This document shows positions 23,421-30,685 of a DNA stretch of 30,685 nt, in pieces. Each line of letters begins with the position of its first letter. Positions within the stretch are counted from its first letter, which is position 1. This DNA is from Macrostomum lignano (Eukaryota). The notes under the pieces were generated by a model. The model did no database searches. It was not told the origin of the DNA and was given only the letters and a program-made list of their open reading frames with translations. Location of the stretch: positions 1 through 30,685 of the forward strand of contig NIVC01000653.1 in the NCBI GenBank assembly GCA_002269645.1. Direction: 5' to 3'. The position numbers and the translations under genes were made by a program.

Positions 23421-24923
23421 TTAAATCTGCGAAGACCTGTACCCACTGGCTTGCGCCTTTCTGACCTGGGAGACCGCTGGCTGCTGCTGCGGTAGCTGCC
23501 GCTGCTGCTGTTGATGCGGCCGGGACTGCGACTGCGTTTGGTGCTCGAACTCGCGATCTTCTCTGAGTGGCTGCCGCATCAACGAAAGCGGATCCCGCTC
23601 GTAGCCGGGCGGCGGCGACCTCTGCGGAGGCGGCGTCTCAATCGGCGGCTGCTGCCAGCTCGGCAAGTGTCGCGACTCCCCGTACGGGCGTCCCTGCCGA
23701 GCAGAGTCGTCAACGGTTGCCTTGGCCTGAAAATCCTGTCCGCTGGCCGATGCGGATATCTGCTTTCTGGTTGCGCCGCCAGAAAAGCCGGAATGATAGC
23801 TGCGCGAGGACTGCACACCGCCGACTGCGCCAGCCGGTGGAGCGTCCGAGAAGCCTGTGGAGAAATTTGCCGCTGCCGCCGAGGCAAATCCAGCCCGCTT
23901 TGCTCGATCGATTCGCACAGGAGCCTCCTCGAACGGAGGACCGCTTGGAGGCGCGTGTTTAACGAAGCTCGCTGTTGTGGGGACATCCTGATGTGCCTGT
24001 ACAGCTTGTTGACTGCGCCTTGGGTGGTCGTCTCGCTGTTGAACACCATATTGAGCAGAGGAAGCGTTTCTAGCCTGGTCTGTTGTTGGTCGGGGATCGA
24101 ACTGTGCAGACGGTCCTCGTCTAACTTGATCGCCTGGCGGCGGCAAATTGTACCGGCCAGCGGGACCTTGACGCGTGCGATCAGCTGGTGGTTGAGCACC
24201 GTGCTGAGCATAGGGACTGAGTTTGTTGTTTAGCGGTGACGGCTGCTGCGATGGAGCTCTACCTGTGGAGATGGTTGCTACTTGCGGCTGCGCTGGAGAC
24301 CTTGCAGCTTCAGCCTCGTCACTCAGGAAACCGAGGTTGTAAAATGCGCCCTCTCGATAGGACGGCATGGGCTGAAGCCGCGACGAAGACATCTGTGATG
24401 GTTGAGGCCGCTGCTCTTGAGGCACTCGTCGCTGTTGCTGTTGTACCGGGTCTCGCGAAGGAAGAGGCAGCACCGGTGGGCGCGGTCGACTACCAAAAGC
24501 TGCAGCAGTTGCCGACTGCGAAGGGAGCTCCTGATACCGGCTAGATGGTTGAATGCCCAGCTGAGCGAATCGTTCGGCCTTGGCCGCGTCCAGGCCAGAC
24601 TTCACCCGATAGAAATGAATGCCGAATACGATGAGCAGTGCTCCGCCGATTATCAGCAAGGCCACGCCGAGGTAAGTCACCGCCAGAATCCCTGCCGGCT
24701 TCGTTGCTTGTGAGCCGCCGCTGGAGCCGACGGCGCTGCTGTCAGCGGAGACGCCGGCGAACACGAAGATGATGCCCAGAGAAAGGCAGGTCAGGCTTGC
24801 ACCGAATTCAATCCAGCAGACTCGAGTCTCTTTGACGCAAATTGGCTCGTGTGTTCGCTCCCGGGCCTCCTGCTGCTGCTGCTGCTGCTGCAGTCTGGAG
24901 TGCATCCCGCGGGTGGGATTCAT
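23421..24923 (-). CDS. intronless uncharacterised protein (~500 aa): poly-Q N-terminus, two TM helices, long P/Q/S-rich disordered tail
   Basis: The ORF is unbroken with a likely start MNPTRG at 24923. Hydrophobic segments are VCWIEFGASLTCLSLGIIFVFAGV and ILAVTYLGVALLIIGGALLIVFGIHFY. It ends ...YRSSQI*. No family recognised. Confidence 0.7.
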   Translation of the reverse strand: MNPTRGMHSRLQQQQQQQEARERTHEPICVKETRVCWIEFGASLTCLSLGIIFVFAGVSADSSAVGSSGGSQATKPAGILAVTYLGVALLIIGGALLIVFGIHFYRVKSGLDAAKAERFAQLGIQPSSRYQELPSQSATAAAFGSRPRPPVLPLPSRDPVQQQQRRVPQEQRPQPSQMSSSRLQPMPSYREGAFYNLGFLSDEAEAARSPAQPQVATISTGRAPSQQPSPLNNKLSPYAQHGAQPPADRTRQGPAGRYNLPPPGDQVRRGPSAQFDPRPTTDQARNASSAQYGVQQRDDHPRRSQQAVQAHQDVPTTASFVKHAPPSGPPFEEAPVRIDRAKRAGFASAAAANFSTGFSDAPPAGAVGGVQSSRSYHSGFSGGATRKQISASASGQDFQAKATVDDSARQGRPYGESRHLPSWQQPPIETPPPQRSPPPGYERDPLSLMRQPLREDREFEHQTQSQSRPHQQQQRQLPQQQPAVSQVRKAQASGYRSSQI

Positions 24924-25635
24924 GGGAAGAAGCTGCACTGCGGGAGCGAGTTTTAACGACTGTACAGTGGGGGACGCCGATGCAAAAAGCAAAAAGGATG
25001 ACGGGGGTCGAGATTTTCTTCTCCACAGCGCACTGCTGGAATGCTGGGGATGGGTTGGGATCAGGGAGACTTTCGGAAGCTCGTCTACAAGCGTTATTCT
25101 CTTTCCTTTCTGGCTGGGGAGCTGCGAGTTGAGGAATCCGATAGGACGAAGAAGGTTGGGTAAGGAAAAGATGGGGAGAGACGATAAGGAGCAGTCAGTG
25201 CTGCGAGGTCTTGTCTCTCGGTACCTCTTCTGTCTGTTTTGTACGCAAGAGAAAGACCGCCTCACTTCTCTTCTGGTCTGGTCTGGCCTGGCAATATAGC
25301 GGTAGGGCTTGGGGCCGCTGTGCGGAGGGAGGGAATGTAGAAGTGAAGAGGGTTAGCGACATTCAAGGCGAGCACTGCACTGGGGCGGGCGGGTGGGACA
25401 GAGCTGGGCGGCTAAACACCGTCACCCCAAACTTGCTCCCATGGGTGGAGGCTACTCTTTCCGTCTCATTATTGAGTCTCACGGCAATGTACGCTTGCCA
25501 ACTCAACGTGTCTCCTTCTATACTATTGTACTCAGGCTTTTTACGAAGCTTAATTATTCTGACCGCGCTTCACCGCTCTTGAGAAAGTGGCCAGGTAGGG
25601 GCTGTCAAATGGTTGGTCACAACTTAAGAAATGGT

Positions 25636-25726
25636 TGTCACAACACGCTGCTTGACAAGCTCGGGTCAGAGGTTGCAGGTCTCAGCCAAAATTTATGGAT
25701 CAGAGCGCTTTTAATTGAAGAAAATA
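25636..25726 (+). pseudogene. possible degraded LINE reverse-transcriptase fragment
   Basis: CHNTLLDKLGSEVAGLSQNLWIRALL loosely resembles the VxHxxLLxKL...GxxxxWIxxFL motif of CR1/L2-type RTs. The match is short and weak. Confidence 0.25.
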
Positions 25727-25842
25727 GAGCTTGCTGCATGTTGTTGTGAAAGCTGCGCTACGAGTTACAAAGTGGGGTCAAGTATTTTTCCAAGGCTACG
25801 CTTAATTATTTTTAGCTCTGGCTAAATGGCTAAAGTATGTAA

Positions 25843-27745
25843 GCCGTCGCGCTCCTGGCTGAGCACCGCACCCAAGGCCACAGCACTGCTGTCACAGCTG
25901 ATGACGATAGGCCGGCTGAAGTCGGGCAGCTGGAGCACCGGGGCCTGGGTCAGCGCGTCCTTCAACTTTTTCAGCACCGCAGCATGCTCTGACGTCCACA
26001 CGAAGCCGCCGCCCGCGCCTTTCTGAGCCAGGTGATGCAGCGGTTTGGCAATATCAGAGAAGTTTGGCACGAACCTGCGGTAGAAGCTGAGCATGCCGAT
26101 GATGCGTCGAACATCCTCAGACTGCGGCTCCGGCATCCGCCTGATCGCCTCGACCTTCTCCGCGGCAGGTGCGATGCCGCTCTCAGAGACTTGGTGACCC
26201 AGGTACGTGACGCTCCGGTAGGCAAAGAAGCTCTTGCCTGGGTTCAGCTTCAGCTTGGCAGACCGCAGTCGATGCAGCACCTTGGACAGTGACTGAACGT
26301 GGCTCTCAAAGTCCCTGTTGAAGATGATCAGGTCATCAATGTACGCGATGACCTCCTCCCAGCTCAGGCCGGTCATGATGAGCTCCATCATTCGCTGGTA
26401 CGTCGCAGGCGCGTTGCACATGCCGAATCCCATTTTGCGGAATTGCATCAGGCCGCTCGGAGTGTAGAACGCTGTCAACGGCCGATCCTCCTCTCTGACC
26501 TCCACCTGAAGGAAGCCTTGCGCATGTCGATCGTAGAGAACCATGAGCAGCCAGCCAAGGAGTCGAGCGCTTGGTGCAAATGCGGCAGCGGGTGGGCGTC
26601 CTTCACTGTGAGGTTGTTCAGCGCCCGCCAGTCTACACAGACTCGGATGTCATTATTCTTCTTTCTGACGATTATCAGGTTGCTCGCCCACGGGCTGGTG
26701 GAGGGCTCGATGACGCCGTGTTGTCGCATCTGCTCCAGCTTCTCGTCCACTTGCCTCCTGAAGGCGTGAGGCACCCGCCGAGGCCGTTGGCGAATCGGGC
26801 GAGCGCCGTCGTCCAGCTCAATCTTGTGCTGCGCTGCGCTGCTCGTACCAACGTCGAACTCATGGACTGAGACCACGTCGGCAAATGCCCTCAGCAGCAT
26901 TGCTAGACGGTTGCTGTCCTCCTCCAGCAGCTCCGGATTGATGTTGAACTGGTCTGCGGGGCCTCGCCACTCGTGCACGTCCTCGTCCTCGTCGATAACC
27001 TCCGCGCTCTCGAAGGTGCCGATGCTCTGGTTGGAGAACAGCGTGACCGGGCTGCAGCTGAGGTTGCACACCTGAACCGGAATCTTGCCGCTCTCTGAAG
27101 ACACCGCGAACACGCGGCCGGGCAGCACTCCGATTCTGTCGATGAACTCCTGTGACGGCTCGAAGATGCCATGTGCCTGCTTGGTCTCGGTCGTCACGTC
27201 CACCACTTTAACTGACCTTGGCGTACCACGACGGCGCCCTGAACTCTGGCGATGATCACTGTGGGTACCAAGCAACAGGACAGCGGGCCATCTTGCTTGG
27301 AATCGCAGTTACTGAACGGAACCGCCTCACCATCGAATGCGACTGTCTTGGCACCCTGGTCCATGCTGAACTGCGATCTGGCCGCCTTGCTCACGAAATC
27401 CATCCCCAGGATGAAGTTTGGGCGAATCCCTCTGACCACCAGCACGTCCATTTGTCTGCGCAGCTGATGACTGAGTCGCGCCGTAATGCTCACGCTTCCT
27501 AACAGCTCGAGAACGGAGCCGTCCACGGACACAGGCCTGACATCTGCCGGCTTCAGCTCGCAGCGACCGTCCAGCTCTCTCAAAGCAACGTCGCTGATCA
27601 GCGAGGTCTGCGCTCCGGTGTCCAGCAGCCAGCGGCACGGCTTGCCGTTTGCCTCTCCAGGTATAAAAATAGCATGAAGCACGGGATTGCTCCTTGGGGT
27701 TGGTGTGGGTCCCGCACCCGTTGCACCAACCCTTAAAAGTTTCCC
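25843..27745 (-). pseudogene. pol: gypsy pol: aspartic protease, linker, reverse transcriptase, truncated RNase H
   Basis: WLLDTGAQTSLIS; PIRQRPRRVP; IEPSTSPWASNLIIVRKK; VCVDWRALN; DAHPLP; FGMCNAPATYQR; AYIDDLIIF; YLGHQVSESG. Further -1 shifts occur at ~27200-27275 and ~26517. Confidence 0.9.
27697..27745 (-). promoter_or_regulatory. programmed -1 ribosomal frameshift signal (gag->pol)
   Basis: The slippery heptamer G GGA AAC (27745-27739) is in the gag frame, followed by a 6-nt spacer and a stem GGGTTGGTG/CACCAACCC with an inner GGGT/ACCC stem. The -1 frame leads into the protease. Confidence 0.85.
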
Positions 27746-28551
27746 GGAGCCTTCGATGGGCAGACAGAGGCCTTGTGCCCCCGCCCAGAACACTTGTGGC
27801 AGATGATCGGACCCGGCTGTTTCTCTTGCTGACATTGCGCTGCACGGTGTCCGAGCTGGCCGCAGTTGAAGCAGCCGCCTCCTCGCTGTTGACGGCGACG
27901 CCGAGTGTCGGTACCCGACTGTACGCTGACCCTCGCGATGAGCTCCTCCATGCGTTTCTCCAGTCGGTCCAGGCGGTCCTCGCTTGGTTCTGCCGATGAT
28001 GTAGCGCTGACGGCTCCGACTGCCGCCACCGACTGTCGCCCAGCCAGCTCCTCCAGCCGAGCCGCCCGCTGCAGCAGAGTCTCCAGGCTGCAGGTCTCTG
28101 CATCCTCTGCCTTAAGCAGGTTGTCACGAATGTCGGCCTTGAGCAGCTGCAGAAGCTTGAAGCGCACATCTCGGTCTCGTTGAGCAATTGAGTCCTCCGG
28201 TCTGGCTTTCTGGTGTAGCAGCTTCAGGTTAAAGCAGAGCTCACGCAGTGTCTCGGTATCTCCATGTTTCCTCGCATAGAAGTCGCTCATGGCCTTAAAG
28301 CTGTCGGCTTCGCCTCCATAAAACTTTGTGAGGTCCTCCTTTATACTTTTAAAACTCTTTTGTCTTGTCTCGGCCAGGTCCCAGACGACCAGTTGGGCTT
28401 CTCCCGTGAGCAGCAGCTTCACCTTCGACGCTGAGGTCGCGTCGTCCCATTTCGCATCGTTGGCGAATTCCTCAAAGATGCGCAGCCACTTTCTCACGTC
28501 AGTGCCGTCTGTTCCACTGAACTTTGGCGGTAGAAGGGTGTTCTGGGCCAT
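27733..28551 (-). CDS. gag: gypsy Gag (272 aa) with two CCHC zinc knuckles
   Basis: MAQNTLLPPKFSGTDGTDVRKWLRIFE...; CFNCGQLGHRAAQC and CHKCSGRGHKASVC; intact frame. Confidence 0.9.
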   Translation of the reverse strand: MAQNTLLPPKFSGTDGTDVRKWLRIFEEFANDAKWDDATSASKVKLLLTGEAQLVVWDLAETRQKSFKSIKEDLTKFYGGEADSFKAMSDFYARKHGDTETLRELCFNLKLLHQKARPEDSIAQRDRDVRFKLLQLLKADIRDNLLKAEDAETCSLETLLQRAARLEELAGRQSVAAVGAVSATSSAEPSEDRLDRLEKRMEELIARVSVQSGTDTRRRRQQRGGGCFNCGQLGHRAAQCQQEKQPGPIICHKCSGRGHKASVCPSKAPGNF

Positions 28552-28573
28552 GAGTGCACTTGCACTGGGTTCT

Positions 28574-28584
28574 CGCTGCCACCA
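28574..28584 (-). promoter_or_regulatory. primer-binding site complementary to the tRNA-Leu 3' end
   Basis: TGGTGGCAGCG lies 1 nt after the LTR-terminal CA and matches the eukaryotic tRNA-Leu 3' end (...CGCUGCCACCA). Confidence 0.75.
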
Positions 28585-28585
28585 A

Positions 28586-29346
28586 TGTAAGAGCCGAGAA
28601 TTTAGAGTAAGTTTACGAAGTATATTTTGATGCACGATAATTTACGAGCGATTAAATAGTCAGCGATGATAGATCGATTAAAGTGACTCACCCAACTGGG
28701 GTGGTGGGCATGTACAGAGAAGAAAGCGAGATGCAAGTACATATACTAATAGAGCAGCCCCCACCCCGACGGCCCAAACCAAACGCAACCCTACAAGTAA
28801 ATAACTGGAGTAGTCGAACTGCGAATTCCGTGCAGGGTGCAGCTTAAAACTCATGCAGAATGAAATACCAGTAAAACCCACTCGCCTGTAAAGTGAGACA
28901 TGATCTCGCTCTACGGCCGACAGGTAATTACCGATGGACTGAACTCTCCCGTTTGTGCGGGGTTACTACCAATATTGAAGCCTGATGCCCGTCAGTGTCA
29001 ACACAGCACGCTCTGTTTGTTAAAATTCAAGATGTCGCAGAATGTCCCCGATTACTGCTTCAACCTGTTCCTGCTACGATGCAGGTGCAGCGCATCTCAC
29101 CCCTGCCATCATGAAAACTGCGATCTTCTCTGCACAGCACTTCGACATCGCTGGACTCCAGTGCCAACCGACGCCCTCTCCTCTACCCCAAAGCCTGAGA
29201 GTTGGCTCGCAACGCGCAGCACTCGCTGATTGTCAATGAAGCTCTCAGGGACCTTCCTGATAGCCACGTTTATCGGACCTCATATGGACGTTCACGCCTC
29301 TTGAACGTCCTGCACAGCCCCGGAATGGCTTCTGCCCGATGTTACA
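28586..29346 (-). mobile_element. 5' LTR (~761 bp; outer boundary tentative)
   Basis: The inner end ...CTCTTACA abuts the PBS. The outer end TGTAAC at 29346 gives TGTAA...TTACA inverted termini; an alternative shorter boundary TGTCTC lies at 28900. Confidence 0.55.
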
Positions 29347-29368
29347 AAGCTTTCACCACCGCGTCCCT

Positions 29369-29370
<2 letters not shown>

Positions 29371-29414
<44 letters not shown>
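29371..29414 (+). repeat. (CA)22 microsatellite
   Basis: Perfect dinucleotide run. Confidence 0.98.
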
Positions 29415-29417
<3 letters not shown>

Positions 29418-29452
29418 CGTAAATCGATTCCGCTCTATCAATTTGAAAATAA

Positions 29453-29479
29453 TTTATTGAAAGTAGCTGACACTTTATT
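29453..29479 (-). promoter_or_regulatory. two candidate polyadenylation signals of the ACOT9-like gene
   Basis: AATAAA on - at 29474-29479 and 29453-29458, ~300 nt after the TAG stop. Confidence 0.45.
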
Positions 29480-29782
29480 TTGATTTTTCTGTATAGTTTT
29501 CTGCTATGCTAGCGTAAAATATCAATAGGTATATTTATCCACGTATACTAAATCAGGATACGAAAAACAGAGACTAAAAACGGACACAAAAATGACTAAA
29601 CTAACGACATAAATAATGAAATATTTAATAAAACGTCAGCCCATTCTACTAAGTTACACAACTAATACTTAGCAAGGGTACTTGAAAGCACTGCGCGCGG
29701 CCTGCCGGCGGATAAAAACACAGCATCGCAAACTGAATTATTCGATAGCAAGCGGTAGGCAGCCATTAGCTTCCGCACAGGG

Positions 29783-30551
29783 CTAAGCTTCAGTGAGTTT
29801 CCGCATTCCGTCAATGTGCAGCATGGCCTCGCTGTAGCTCCTGGGCACCACCTGCGGCGCATCGGGCACGCAGTCCTCGCCAGCCTGCGCGGCGGCCTCT
29901 GGCGCGAACACGAAATAGAAATCATTGGTGGTGGTCCGCAGCCCGCTGTCCGGCTGCAGCACCTCAAGCGTGCACGCGGACGACGCAACGACAGCCGTGC
30001 GAGCAGGTGACTTGCGCGGACAGGAACAGCAGCGAGCCGAGCTCGACTGGAGCGCGGAAGGACACGTCCTTGACCTCGAGCAGCACCGGCTGCCCGGCGG
30101 CAGTGGGCGAACGCGCAGATCCAAGCCGTCTCCAGGGCTTTGCGCATCAGGAAGCCGCCGAACACCTTGCAGTAGACGTTCATCTGCTCCGGGTGGTACA
30201 GATGAGGCAGTCTTCAGCATTGTGTCGCGCAGCCAGACGCTGCCGGCTGGGAGGCGTCGACGGCTGAAGGTGAACGACCTGATAAAGGTGAAAAGGAGAA
30301 GCTGTATAAAAACAAAGTGGCCGCCTAGAATTGACTCAGACGCAGATGAGTTGGGGCAGAGCAGCTGCTCACTTGGGATCGATGGTGTCAAGAAACATTC
30401 GATGAATTTTGGCGATCTCTTCGTTGCGCGCACAACGCTGAGCACAGACTGCGATGCCTGCTGCAGCCTGTAGGCCTTGGCCCGCTCGCCTCGCTGGAAA
30501 ATCTCCCGGTCTGCGGCCGACTCCAGCAGCAGGGGGTTCAGCTTGGCGGCT
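29783..30551 (-). CDS. ACOT9: acyl-CoA thioesterase 9-like (double hotdog fold), last two exons 30551-30373 and 30278-29783; frameshifted in this sequence
   Basis: The repaired read is LNPLLLESAADREIFQRGE...EIAKIHRMFLDTIDPK|SFTFSRRRLPAGSVWLRDTMLKTA..HPEQMNVYCKVFGGFLMRKALETAW...FRAPVELGSLLFLSAQV...EVLQ...TTTNDFYFVF...PQVVPRSYSEAMLHIDG. This follows the ACOT9 C-terminal motifs. The 94-nt intron is gtgagc...ttatcag. Confidence 0.88.
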
Positions 30552-30685
30552 CTGCGGGGAACCAGTCATTCACGCCTTATTCATGCGGTTCCTTTAGCTT
30601 GTAAATAAGTACTTATCACCTCACGGCCTGGTTTAATGCAAAACACTTGTTCTGGTAATTGATACGGGAAGGAGATACTGTAACC

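Larger units (their letters stand above)
25843..29346 (-). mobile_element. 3'-truncated Ty3/gypsy LTR retrotransposon (5' LTR-PBS-gag-pro-RT-start of RNase H; no integrase or 3' LTR)
   Basis: Order on - strand is LTR, PBS, gag with two CCHC knuckles, protease LLDTGA, RT (YIDD) and RNase H start (ISCDSSAVALGAVLSQE). It ends abruptly at ~25843. Confidence 0.92.

Noticed and set aside
23511-24544. Long + strand ORFs (240 aa, 131 aa, 102 aa) antisense to the 2-TM gene
   Set aside because: Shadow ORFs of GC-rich coding sequence, with Arg/Ala-rich low-information translations and no motifs.
24924-25265. 114-codon N-terminal extension of the 2-TM ORF given by the ORF track
   Set aside because: It starts at a non-ATG codon and lies in CT-rich, UTR-like sequence; the first ATG (MNPTRG) is the more plausible start.
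25838-25850. Truncation point of the gypsy element ends in CTTACA, like the LTR terminus (possible cryptic integrase end)
   Set aside because: Flanks (aagta vs aagct) do not form a target-site duplication, and the bases may be native coding sequence or chance.
26299-28630. Several + strand ORFs inside the gypsy element
   Set aside because: Antisense shadows of GC-rich gag/pol; the real domains are all on the - strand.
1-30685. CRISPR arrays, rRNA/tRNA genes, prokaryotic operons
   Set aside because: No repeat-spacer array or recognisable structural RNA was seen, and spliceosomal introns show the DNA is eukaryotic.

Overview
Eukaryotic (metazoan-like) genomic DNA with GT-AG introns; no prokaryotic features or CRISPR arrays were seen. 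Bases ~1-18.8 kb hold a giant multi-exon RNF213/mysterin-like gene on + (5' end probably outside the window, about 13 kb of reconstructable CDS). It has the dynein-like AAA+ ring, an apparently degenerate RING (His->Asp, E2-docking residues lost), and an intact RZ finger. The RZ finger is split over three exons, including a 35-nt microexon that the ORF track misses. The CDS is broken by at least 7 frameshifts, all single-base losses in short runs; the same pattern recurs in the neighbouring transposons, so assembly indel error is more likely than true pseudogenisation. Downstream lie a TE cluster (candidate solo LTR, Ty3/gypsy gag remnant, near-intact Tc1 DD34E transposase) and an intronless orphan two-TM/Pro-rich gene on -. 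These are followed by a 3'-truncated Ty3/gypsy element on - (LTR, tRNA-Leu PBS, GGGAAAC+hairpin -1 frameshift signal) and the last two exons of an ACOT9-like acyl-CoA thioesterase on -. All family assignments come from motif recognition by eye, not from database searches.
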